From Thermoplasmatota archaeon (GTDB lineage: Archaea; Thermoplasmatota; Poseidoniia; Poseidoniales; Thalassarchaeaceae): a stretch of DNA of 26,415 nucleotides. The notes under the pieces are model-generated. The model searched no databases, was not told where the DNA came from, and was given only the letters and a program-made list of their open reading frames with translations. The DNA lies in the NCBI GenBank assembly GCA_036228805.1, contig JAZANC010000005.1, positions 1-26,415 on the forward strand, read 5' to 3'. How positions within the stretch are numbered: the first letter of the stretch is position 1; each line of letters starts with the position of its first letter. A program made the translations under genes and the position numbers. Shown piece after piece: positions 1 through 7,915 of the stretch.

Positions 1-192
1 CCCTCGGATATGGAGTACTCTCAGGTTACCGCCTTCGGGAACCGAGTTCGCGCGCGTCCAGTCTAGAAGATCGCAAATCTCCGTGATCAGTTGGATGCTC
101 AGGGCATTGAGCGCATCCGTTCTTTGAAGCGTTATTGTGGCTTGCTGGCCTTTTATCTCAAGCGAACATAGTTCTGTTTTCGGTTCTTGCAT
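1..192 (-). CDS. Enoyl-CoA hydratase/crotonase family protein, probably methylglutaconyl-CoA hydratase (LiuC-like); 3' end runs off the window
   Basis: Not in the ORF track; translated by hand. ATG at 192, 4 nt after the carboxylase stop, open to position 1: MQEPKTELCSLEIKGQQATITLQRTDALNALSIQLITEICDLLDWTRANSVPEGGNLRVLHIRG. 'ATITLQR.DALNAL' and 'LRVLHIRG' match the crotonase N-terminus. The LiuC assignment comes from context only. Confidence 0.85.
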   Translation of the reverse strand, partial: MQEPKTELCSLEIKGQQATITLQRTDALNALSIQLITEICDLLDWTRANSVPEGGNLRVLHIRG

Positions 193-196
193 CTGC

Positions 197-1807
197 TCAC
201 ATCCTGAAAACGCCGTAGCGCTGATCTGGGAAGGGGGAGTTCAGGCTTGCAGAGATGCAGAGGCCGAGTATGTCTCGCGTGTCTCTCGGATCTATGACCC
301 CGTCATCCCAAAGACGCGCTGTGGAGTAATATGGGCTCCCTTCAGTCTCATACTTCTCCAGAATCGGTGATCTGAATTCATCCCTCTGCTCTTCGCTCAT
401 CGGCTCTTCTCCCTGTCTGGACCTCTGGTCTTCCTTCACCGTAGCAAGCACATCAGCAGCCTGAGGGCCCCCCATTACCGATATCCGCGCATTGGGCCAC
501 ATGAACAGGAATCTTGGATCATAGGCACGGCCGCACATCCCGTAATTCCCTGCTCCATGACTGCCTCCGATGATTATCGTGAATTTTGGGACGGGAACGC
601 AGGAGACGGCAGTTACCAATTTGGCGCCGTCCTTCGCAATGCCCCCGGCCTCTGCATCCCTGCCGACCATGAATCCGGATATGTTCTGGAGGAATATGAG
701 GGGAGTGCCCCTCTGACCGCACAATTCGACGAAATGCGCGCCCTTCAGAGAAGAGTCGGAGAACAGGATCCCGTTGTTTGCGACGATGCCGACGGGGTAA
801 CCGTGAATATGCGCGAATCCACAGACGAGGGTGGTTCCATATCTTGGCTTGAACTCGTGGAATCTCGAACCGTCGACCATTCTCGCGATGACCTCCCTCA
901 CATCGAATGGAGTTCGATTGTCTTCGGGAATGATGCCAAGAAGGTCTTCTGGATCATGGGCAGGGGGTTCGACGGGACGGGTATCTAGACGCTTTTTTGG
1001 CTCTATATTGAGATGCTCCACGATATCCCTCACCATGTGGAGTGCCTCGTCCTCATCCTCGGCATAATGGTCAGCGACTCCGGATTCACGGGTGTGTAAG
1101 TCGGCTCCGCCCAGATCCTCGGAGCTAACTTCCTCGCCAGTAGCGGCTTTGACGAGTGGTGGTCCAGCGAGGAAAATCGTGCCATTTCCCTTCACGATAA
1201 TCGATTCGTCGCTCATTGCGGGGATGTACGCTCCCCCGGCGGTGCAAGAACCGAGTACAGCTGCTATCTGGGGTATTCCTTTGCTTGAGAGAATGGCCTG
1301 ATTGCGGAAAATTCGGCCGAAGTGGTCCCTGTCGGGAAATACTTCGTCCTGCATGGGAAGGAATGCGCCGCCGGAATCGACCAGATATATGCAGGGAAGG
1401 CCATTTGCCTCTGCGATCTCTTGTGCACGAACGTGTTTCTTCACAGTCATCGGGTAATACGATCCGCCTTTCACAGTGGCATCATTGGCCACAAAAAGGC
1501 ATTCTCGCCCGTTGACTACGCCTATCCCTGTGATGATGCCCGCCGAATATGCTCGGCCGTCGTAGAGGCCGTCTGCGGCGAGGGAAGAGAGTTCGAGGAA
1601 CGGAGTACCTGGGTCGCATATCTCTGCTATTCGTTCTCTGGGCAGGCGCTTGCCCCTCCCCCTGTGGAGCGACACAGCGCGTTCACTGCCGCCCTGCATA
1701 GCTGCGTCGATTCTCTCGCGGAGCTCCTGTATGAGGGCGGAATTACGCTCAGAGCGTGATATCCACACCTCATCGCCGCGATTCACGCGCGTCCGCAGCT
1801 TTGTCAT
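197..1807 (-). CDS. mccB: 3-methylcrotonyl-CoA carboxylase, carboxyltransferase (beta) subunit (LiuB/MccB-type)
   Basis: Motifs [72 protein letters not shown] and [15 protein letters not shown]. Start moved from 1855 to the ATG at 1807 (MTKLRTRV) on the upstream motif. Geranyl-CoA carboxylase beta cannot be fully excluded. Confidence 0.88.
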   Translation of the reverse strand: MTKLRTRVNRGDEVWISRSERNSALIQELRERIDAAMQGGSERAVSLHRGRGKRLPRERIAEICDPGTPFLELSSLAADGLYDGRAYSAGIITGIGVVNGRECLFVANDATVKGGSYYPMTVKKHVRAQEIAEANGLPCIYLVDSGGAFLPMQDEVFPDRDHFGRIFRNQAILSSKGIPQIAAVLGSCTAGGAYIPAMSDESIIVKGNGTIFLAGPPLVKAATGEEVSSEDLGGADLHTRESGVADHYAEDEDEALHMVRDIVEHLNIEPKKRLDTRPVEPPAHDPEDLLGIIPEDNRTPFDVREVIARMVDGSRFHEFKPRYGTTLVCGFAHIHGYPVGIVANNGILFSDSSLKGAHFVELCGQRGTPLIFLQNISGFMVGRDAEAGGIAKDGAKLVTAVSCVPVPKFTIIIGGSHGAGNYGMCGRAYDPRFLFMWPNARISVMGGPQAADVLATVKEDQRSRQGEEPMSEEQRDEFRSPILEKYETEGSPYYSTARLWDDGVIDPRDTRDILGLCISASLNSPFPDQRYGVFRM

Positions 1808-1838
1808 GCGACCTTGTGGGAGGGCTTGTGAACTTGAA
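1808..1838 (-). promoter_or_regulatory. Putative promoter of the carboxylase gene (probably leaderless)
   Basis: TTCAAG at -31..-26, CCCT at -17..-14 and GC at -2/-1 relative to ATG 1807. The same layout occurs before three other genes. Confidence 0.5.
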
Positions 1839-1850
1839 TGCCCCGAAGGA

Positions 1851-1879
1851 TTCACACATCAGACCTCGTCTCGAAAGGC
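1851..1879 (+). promoter_or_regulatory. Putative promoter of the small zinc-finger-like gene
   Basis: TTCACA at -29..-24, ACCT at -17..-14 and GC at -2/-1 relative to ATG 1880. Confidence 0.45.
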
Positions 1880-2122
1880 ATGGTCGGCGATTCAGACGGT
1901 AAGCGGCAGTACACTGAAGACGACATAGGGATATTTGTGACGTTGGTTCGCGATGATGGCACCTATGTGGAGGCTGAGATCGTGCGTGTCTTCTGCCCAG
2001 TATGTGGCGAGGAGTTCATCGGCACCAAGCGTGATGCAGGTGGTTTCATAGCCGGCCACAGGGCCTATCATGAGCATGAGAATATGAGCGACTTGATCGC
2101 TGAGTCTATGGGCGGGGTCTGA
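1880..2122 (+). CDS. Small (80 aa) hypothetical protein with a C2H2-like zinc-binding motif
   Basis: MVGDSDGKRQYTEDD...RVFCPVCGEEFIGTKRDAGGFIAGHRAYHEHE... gives C-x2-C-x17-H-x3-H. It fills the gap between two minus-strand genes without overlap (stop 8 nt from the aminopeptidase stop) and has the shared upstream motif. Start moved from 1838 to 1880. Confidence 0.75.
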   Translation: MVGDSDGKRQYTEDDIGIFVTLVRDDGTYVEAEIVRVFCPVCGEEFIGTKRDAGGFIAGHRAYHEHENMSDLIAESMGGV

Positions 2123-2130
2123 CAATCTGG

Positions 2131-3390
2131 CTACTCGTATGCCCATTCTCCCTTTCGCATGACTGGTTTCCTGCTGCCATCTTTCGAGATTCCATCGATG
2201 TCGAGCTTTTCTGATCCAATCATCCAATCGACATGGATATTGGATGTATTTCCGCCTGCCTTGGAGACTGACTCGGGATCATTCCCTATATCCCCTTTGA
2301 AACACTTAGAATAACACTGGCCGAGTGCGATGTGACATGATGCATTTTCATCGTATAGCGTATTGAAGAAAAGGAGGCCTGAGGCACTTATTGGAGAGGA
2401 ATGGGGAACAAGCGCGACTTCGCCGAGCCTTCTTGCACCGTCATCCGTGTCAAGTAGCTTTAGGAATACTTCTTCCCCCTTTTCCGCTCTTGCTTCGACG
2501 ATCTTTCCAGCCTCGAACCTCACCTCTATCCCATCGATAAGTGTCCCTCGGTATACCAAAGGTTTCGAGGCCCTCGCAGTGCCCTCAACCCGATCTGAAT
2601 GGGGCGTTGTGAAGACTTCCTCAGTAGGGATATTCGGCGTACATTGGATCCCGTTCTTGGCTGTGCTCGCCCCGCCCTTCCATGCATGCCCATCTGCTAG
2701 GCCTATTGTCAGATCAGTCCCAGGGGCTTTGTAGTGGAGAGAGTGGAATTCTTGCTCGTTCAGCCATTCTTGCCTTTTCGTTAGGACCTCCTGATGTGAT
2801 TTCCAAGCCGCTATCGGATCCTCGTTATCTATCCTCGATATTGAGAATATGGCCTCAGCCAGAGCGGCGACGGCCTCATCATCGCCCATATCCGGGAAGA
2901 CTTGCTTGGCCCATGCAAGACCGGGGTAGGACACTATATTCCAATTGGTGGAGAAATTTGTGATTCGCTCCATGGCAGGTTTTGAAGCCAAAGACATCGA
3001 CTTTCCGGCCCTCGCAACTCTGGAGGGGTCTTGTCCAGCGAGTAAGAGAGGGTTGGCTGCCGAAATAGCGAGTCTTGCGGTATTGTTGTCGAAAGCCTCG
3101 GCCATGGCCCTGAACATCCAGTCTGGCGCTCTGTCCAGGCTCTCGTCGGATGCGTTCTCATATCGAGCTAGAGCCAGATCGTCATCGGAGAGCATGGTTG
3201 TCACAATGCCTGCTCCATTTCTGTATGCCTCAGCTGCCAGCCTCCTTACGAGTGGGAGCGCTTCCACTGGTGCTGTGATGATTAGATCCTGTCCTGGTTG
3301 CAGGTTCAGACCGACTCTTATCGAAACTTCAGCGAGACGATCCAACATCTCCGGTTCAAAGGGCAATTCGTCATCTGCGAGTACGTTCAT
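2131..3390 (-). CDS. Aminopeptidase, family M29 (AmpS/AmpT/aminopeptidase II type)
   Basis: Metal-ligand motifs NIPTEEVFTTP, LGEVALVP, TLYDENASCHIALGQCY and SNIHVDWMIG. Start moved from 3564 (which overlaps the DUF63 gene) to the ATG at 3390, giving 419 aa. Confidence 0.93.
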   Translation of the reverse strand: MNVLADDELPFEPEMLDRLAEVSIRVGLNLQPGQDLIITAPVEALPLVRRLAAEAYRNGAGIVTTMLSDDDLALARYENASDESLDRAPDWMFRAMAEAFDNNTARLAISAANPLLLAGQDPSRVARAGKSMSLASKPAMERITNFSTNWNIVSYPGLAWAKQVFPDMGDDEAVAALAEAIFSISRIDNEDPIAAWKSHQEVLTKRQEWLNEQEFHSLHYKAPGTDLTIGLADGHAWKGGASTAKNGIQCTPNIPTEEVFTTPHSDRVEGTARASKPLVYRGTLIDGIEVRFEAGKIVEARAEKGEEVFLKLLDTDDGARRLGEVALVPHSSPISASGLLFFNTLYDENASCHIALGQCYSKCFKGDIGNDPESVSKAGGNTSNIHVDWMIGSEKLDIDGISKDGSRKPVMRKGEWAYE

Positions 3391-3420
3391 GCTACTGGTT
3401 GACAGGGTGTTGCGTTTGAA
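3391..3420 (-). promoter_or_regulatory. Putative promoter of the aminopeptidase gene
   Basis: TTCAAA at -30..-25, CCCT at -17..-14 and GC at -2/-1 relative to ATG 3390. Confidence 0.5.
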
Positions 3421-3429
3421 TGTTTGAAT
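3414..3429. repeat. Perfect 8-bp tandem duplication (GTTTGAAT x2; ATTCAAAC x2 on minus)
   Basis: Read directly in the 44-bp intergenic gap; it duplicates the TTCAAA box. Confidence 0.8.
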
Positions 3430-3434
3430 TGGAC

Positions 3435-4787
3435 CTAAACGCCCAGAGTGAGCCTGAACACATTCCTGAGAGCGGGTGCCATACCCACGACCATCAGGCA
3501 CAGCGCGATGAGGACTCGGAGATGCTGCTGTCTGTGTTCGAATACGGCTTGCGAATAGAACCAACAGATGACACCGGCAATACCGACTTTCAGTAGCGTG
3601 AATGTCAGGGAGGTATCCATAAAGTCGGTGACCATTGAGCTAATTACGTGCTTCTCGGTGTACCCGAAGTAATCTATCCCGATCCAGGTCGCGATACCAT
3701 CCCCTATCTGACCGCCAACTGGGAGGAATACTGCAGGGCTTGCAAGAACTGCTTTCTTCCTGAGTTCATCGACCTTTTCGCCCAAGGGGGTTTTTGATTC
3801 GAGATACTCGCTCTCTGTTACCCCTGGAGGGAGCACCCCTGGAATGTACCCGAGATTGAGTGATTCCTCAGCATCATCCTTGCCAAATGAATACAAAACA
3901 TAGCAAACAAGGATTGGGACGCCGAATACGACTACTATCGGCCATGCGGTCATCTCAGATGTTTCCCTACCTATGGCGAAGCCGGCGAGCATCCCGAAGA
4001 GCACGATTGATCCCCCCACTCCAGTGGAATACACAGTTCGCTGGATATGATCAAAACGCTCCACATACGAGCCTGCGAGCCAGTAGGGGGCGGTGACTCC
4101 GAACATTGCGATGATGAGCATCACCTCTCGATCGTATGCCTCCGAGAGTATCTCGACATTGTCACTGCTAAGCACGCTCATCCCATATATGGAGGCCTGC
4201 GCGGCTATGAGGAACGCAGAAAAATGCCTCGTGGCGGCATTCTTCTCAGCCTCTGTTTCAATTGTGCCGTTTGATACCCGGTGGCCAATCAGACCAGCGA
4301 GAACAACCCATGCTGCCGTCTGGAAATGGACTCCAGGGCTTACGAACCACGGAGCGAAGGAGTCGCTGAAGAGTCCGGCATCTTCTATGACCTCTCCGAG
4401 CGGGGCCCACAAAACCCAGGGGAGGAGCGCGATGAGCATCGCATCGGAGCCATCGATACCAGCAACCCTCAGAAGGCCCGACAATGATACTACAAATAAC
4501 GCTAAGCCGATTCCGTATGAGGCGGTATTGACATAGTTGTAACCGCTATCCCCACTTGATTCGTTTAGAATTGAATCAAGGAAATATGTGTACACTGCCT
4601 CAGATAGTGGATTCTCTACATCGAGGGTGTGCCCTGCTATGCCGATGCCGAATAGTAGCAGCACTACCAGCAAGATGCGTATTGCCCAGCGCTCGTAATC
4701 ATAGAGGGTCTCGAGGGGGTTCACGGAGATTGCGAATCGTGCCGTCTCCTTGAGGGCATCGGCGCGTGAGGTGTTTTTTTCCGTCAC
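3435..4787 (-). CDS. DUF63 family polytopic membrane protein
   Basis: GYNYVNTASYG near the N-terminus and GQIGDGIATWIGIDYFGYTEKHV near the C-terminus resemble DUF63 signatures; many hydrophobic segments. GTG start overlaps the KH-gene stop (GTGA). Confidence 0.75.
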   Translation of the reverse strand: MTEKNTSRADALKETARFAISVNPLETLYDYERWAIRILLVVLLLFGIGIAGHTLDVENPLSEAVYTYFLDSILNESSGDSGYNYVNTASYGIGLALFVVSLSGLLRVAGIDGSDAMLIALLPWVLWAPLGEVIEDAGLFSDSFAPWFVSPGVHFQTAAWVVLAGLIGHRVSNGTIETEAEKNAATRHFSAFLIAAQASIYGMSVLSSDNVEILSEAYDREVMLIIAMFGVTAPYWLAGSYVERFDHIQRTVYSTGVGGSIVLFGMLAGFAIGRETSEMTAWPIVVVFGVPILVCYVLYSFGKDDAEESLNLGYIPGVLPPGVTESEYLESKTPLGEKVDELRKKAVLASPAVFLPVGGQIGDGIATWIGIDYFGYTEKHVISSMVTDFMDTSLTFTLLKVGIAGVICWFYSQAVFEHRQQHLRVLIALCLMVVGMAPALRNVFRLTLGV

Positions 4788-5518
4788 TCTTCCGAGTATG
4801 TGACACTCTCATCATATTCTAAATCCACCATATCATCAATCTGTGATTGGTCCTCTAGATCTACTTGTGCATTTTTGAAACGGCGATTTCGTCGATTGCG
4901 AGCGTCTGAGAGGCCGGGTACCAGATCTTCGAAGCCAGATTGATCGTCGGCTTCTGACTCCCTTATCTGGTAGCTTCCTAGGCTCCTGTCTTCTATACGT
5001 CGTCTCCTACCGTCTTTCTCCATGCCCCTGATGACCGTGCTGTGCTCGGCGCCATCCAATAGCCCCTCTATCGCCGTACAGGCCATCATGAGTCCTGCCT
5101 CGTCTCCGATTACTACAACAGTTGAGCCGTGGATTGCAATCTCCGTGCCCGTAAAGCTCTCTATCAGAGTCCTGATTTTGCCATCTCTTCCAATCAATCT
5201 GCTTCTCATCCTTCGAGTATGGTTTCCTCGTCGACCGACCCATTCCCTGATGTCATACATGCGCAGAAAGGTGTCGTCAGAGATCAGGCGGACAGCCCTA
5301 GAAGGGGCTAATCCCCTTCCAATGGCCCTGATTATGTCTGGTAGCTTGATTCTGTGAACCGGATCGGCGTCTTCGGGCCATGACGCGGAAACCTCTCCTG
5401 TTTCAGAATCGATGTGTATCTTCACCCCAGCGGCATCTTCGATCATTTTGCGAGTTGCTCCGCCCTTACCGATGAGGACTGCAATCCGTTCCTTGGGGAT
5501 CCTCGTAAGTGGCTCCAT
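4784..5518 (-). CDS. KH-domain RNA-processing protein (archaeal Dim2/Pno1-like)
   Basis: Two KH GxxG loops (RIAVLIGKGG; SRLIGRDGK), 'IRAIGRG' and 'GAEHSTV'; lies next to RIO1 and aIF1A as in many archaea. Confidence 0.9.
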   Translation of the reverse strand: MEPLTRIPKERIAVLIGKGGATRKMIEDAAGVKIHIDSETGEVSASWPEDADPVHRIKLPDIIRAIGRGLAPSRAVRLISDDTFLRMYDIREWVGRRGNHTRRMRSRLIGRDGKIRTLIESFTGTEIAIHGSTVVVIGDEAGLMMACTAIEGLLDGAEHSTVIRGMEKDGRRRRIEDRSLGSYQIRESEADDQSGFEDLVPGLSDARNRRNRRFKNAQVDLEDQSQIDDMVDLEYDESVTYSEE

Positions 5519-5543
5519 GACAACTCAACCGATACGCCCTTCT

Positions 5544-6431
5544 TCAATCCAATCCAGGAAGTGGTTCCAGATTTGGTGCAGGATCTTCAATCACCCTTAA
5601 CACGGATTCCGCAGTGTCGACGGCCATCCCATTCCGATTGGCCCACTCAACTGTTCTAGTTACGTCTCTGACGAGGAATTCCTTGGAAGATGGATGCTGC
5701 TCAACCACTGCCTGACCGACATCAATTATCCAAGGCACGCCTTCGTGCCAAAGAACATTGAATTCGCTGAAGTCGGAATGTACCAGGGTAGCATTTTGCC
5801 ATAATACTGCGATATATGTGAGTAGCTTCTCAAATACGTCCTCCACATTATCCACACTTACGTCCTTCAAACGCGGAGCGGGTGAATTCTCATTCCCGAC
5901 CAGATCCATGACTAGCACATTTCTTAGATTTGCACGAGGCATCGGTACTGGAATACCATGTTTCCTGCAACGGCGAAGATTTCTCAGTTCCTTTCTGACC
6001 CAGATATTTACAAGTTCTCTATGTCGTCTTTTCAGACCACTGAATCGCGGATCGCCGTCGATATACTTGGAAAGGGATTTGAAAACGGCGTTAGTGGTGT
6101 GAAATATCTTTACTGCTGCTGGACCGTTTGCTGTAGTTGCATGGAAGACATGTGCTTCCTTGCCTCTGGCAATTGGAAAATCCAATGTTTCTATCTCTCC
6201 GCCCTGCATCAATTTATGCAAAGCAAGAAGTGTGCTTTGATCGAATACGCTATCGAAAACCCGTCTATCCGCCCATTCATATTCGCCCGCGCCGAGTACT
6301 CCTGATATTCGATCTTCAATGTCTCGAAAGAGTCGTTTGTAACGGGGCTCATCCATCCATTGGTGTTGGGTCGCTGCTCTTTGAAGTGCGTCGAGATGGT
6401 TGTCCCACTCCTCATCTGGTTCGCCCGCCAT
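5544..6431 (-). CDS. rio1: Serine/threonine kinase RIO1 family
   Basis: ARGKEAHVF (S/TGKEA-like), AVKIF, YIDGDPRF, catalytic loop LVHSDFSEFNVL and IIDVGQAV. Start overlaps the upstream stop (TAATG). Confidence 0.93.
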   Translation of the reverse strand: MAGEPDEEWDNHLDALQRAATQHQWMDEPRYKRLFRDIEDRISGVLGAGEYEWADRRVFDSVFDQSTLLALHKLMQGGEIETLDFPIARGKEAHVFHATTANGPAAVKIFHTTNAVFKSLSKYIDGDPRFSGLKRRHRELVNIWVRKELRNLRRCRKHGIPVPMPRANLRNVLVMDLVGNENSPAPRLKDVSVDNVEDVFEKLLTYIAVLWQNATLVHSDFSEFNVLWHEGVPWIIDVGQAVVEQHPSSKEFLVRDVTRTVEWANRNGMAVDTAESVLRVIEDPAPNLEPLPGLD

Positions 6432-7288
6432 TAGTCCGTCGCTCCATTAAGACCATCATCAAGGGTTCGCCATATCCAGAATCCTGCTGGTAAGCTGTAC
6501 AACCCTACTGCAAGAGCCCATGATGCCAGGGATCCCCCCCATGGGCCAAGAATTGGAAAGAGCGGTATACACAGGAGGGCATAGATGGAGACCGAAGCAG
6601 AACCAAGCATCATTGGTCCTGTTGCCCCAACAGGGACCTCGGCTCCCTGAGATATCCACAATGATACCATTGTAGTAAGGAAGATGGCAGGGAAAACCGA
6701 TACCATTCCAGATATGAATGGAAGGCCTAGGCCGGCGATCCACACTGAAGCGGCTATTGCAGAACCAGCAGCGAGACCTCGTAAGAAAAGAGTGAATATG
6801 CCGACTTTGTTGATTCCTGAGGGTGCAGGCAGATTCGTCTTTACTGCGAAGACCCCGATTATTACAGCGAGGGCTGTGGCGAGTAGTCCAATAGTGCTGG
6901 GGCCTATATCATCCGATATCATCTCAACCACAAATGTCGATATTCCTGCAAAGAGGGACCAAATGAGAGTCGAAATTATGGAAACCGAAAATACGAGATT
7001 TACACCTTTCATCTTCGTTCCCATGATTCCCGGAAGAATTCTCCATGAGCCTAGGAAAGCGACATTGAGGAGCATTCCAATTGGTACCATAGACATTGCA
7101 TGAGTGAAGGGTTCAATCCCACTCACACCGCCCCATATTCCTATGCTGGCCGGTACGATTGTAGTAGGCAGGGTGATTATTCCACCTAAAGCGCCGCCGC
7201 CCCTCTCAATTACCACAGTTGCGAGAATAGCGACCAATCCGGCGAATAATGCCGGAAGGAGGATAGCAGACAATTCTAGAGAAGACAT
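6431..7288 (-). CDS. Uncharacterised polytopic membrane protein with two similar halves (DUF3147-like, tentative)
   Basis: 285 aa, hydrophobic throughout. The halves share a pattern: GGIITLPTTIVPASIGIW versus SGMVSVFPAIFLTTMVSLW. Coupled to rio1; GAGG just before the ATG. The family name is from memory of the motif. Confidence 0.7.
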   Translation of the reverse strand: MSSLELSAILLPALFAGLVAILATVVIERGGGALGGIITLPTTIVPASIGIWGGVSGIEPFTHAMSMVPIGMLLNVAFLGSWRILPGIMGTKMKGVNLVFSVSIISTLIWSLFAGISTFVVEMISDDIGPSTIGLLATALAVIIGVFAVKTNLPAPSGINKVGIFTLFLRGLAAGSAIAASVWIAGLGLPFISGMVSVFPAIFLTTMVSLWISQGAEVPVGATGPMMLGSASVSIYALLCIPLFPILGPWGGSLASWALAVGLYSLPAGFWIWRTLDDGLNGATD

Positions 7289-7294
7289 ACGGCC

Positions 7295-7843
7295 TCATCC
7301 GAAGAAAGAGTCAATGTCATCTTCATCACGGGCGGGGGACGCTGGAGTTTGCTCAACTATTACTTCCTCTTCGATTTCGATCTCTTCGGGATCGATCTTC
7401 TCATCGGTCTTCGATCGGTCTTCTGTTGGCTGATCATCGTACTCCATATCACCCTCGTCCATCGCAGTTATGTCGTCATCCGAATACCCAAATAGATCGA
7501 CAATCTCTGGAAGTACTCCTTTCCTAGACAGGTAGATTGACTGAGTCTTGGTGTATCTGCTTCTAACATCGGCTTTTGAATCCTGAAAATCCCAAGGTTG
7601 AACGACGATTAGATCTCCTTCGCGCACCCATTGGCGTCTACGCATCTTTCCAGGTATCCTTGCCAATCTTGACTCGCCATCTTCGCAGACTGCTGTGACT
7701 CTTCTTCCTCCCAATATTTGATCAGCTATTGCAAACATCTCGTTGATTTTCCTATTCGGCAATGGGACTCTGATTTTGTCGCTTCCACCTGATTCGAGAC
7801 GAGCTAGGAGCTCGGAATCGACTCGTTCTGCGCGACGTGCCAT
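7295..7843 (-). CDS. eif1a: Translation initiation factor aIF1A with a long acidic C-terminal extension
   Basis: RVPLP...EMFAIADQILGGRRVTAVCEDGESRLARIPGKMRRRQWVREGDLIVVQPWDFQ...RYT is the eIF1A OB-fold signature. Confidence 0.95.
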   Translation of the reverse strand: MARRAERVDSELLARLESGGSDKIRVPLPNRKINEMFAIADQILGGRRVTAVCEDGESRLARIPGKMRRRQWVREGDLIVVQPWDFQDSKADVRSRYTKTQSIYLSRKGVLPEIVDLFGYSDDDITAMDEGDMEYDDQPTEDRSKTDEKIDPEEIEIEEEVIVEQTPASPARDEDDIDSFFG

Positions 7844-7872
7844 GCTTTGGCGTCGAGGGTTGCCTATGTGAA
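7844..7872 (-). promoter_or_regulatory. Putative promoter of the aIF1A-RIO1-KH operon
   Basis: TTCACA at -29..-24, CCCT at -16..-13 and GC at -2/-1 relative to ATG 7843. Confidence 0.5.
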
Positions 7873-7883
7873 CCTAACAGTAG

Positions 7884-7903
7884 TCCATCGAATCAAAAAT
7901 GGA
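7884..7903 (-). terminator. Possible weak terminator after nuoN
   Basis: T5 tract on the minus strand (7895-7899), 16 nt past the nuoN stop, within a short TCCAT/ATGGA inverted repeat. Short and could be chance. Confidence 0.25.
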
Positions 7904-7915
7904 TCTCAGCCATAC

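Noticed and set aside
1892-2227. 111-aa minus-strand ORF
   Set aside because: Overlaps the aminopeptidase 3' end out of frame and lies antisense to the better-supported zinc-finger-like gene; no motifs.
3391-3564. N-terminal extension of the aminopeptidase in the ORF track
   Set aside because: Overlaps the DUF63 gene; family similarity begins after the ATG at 3390, which has the upstream motif.
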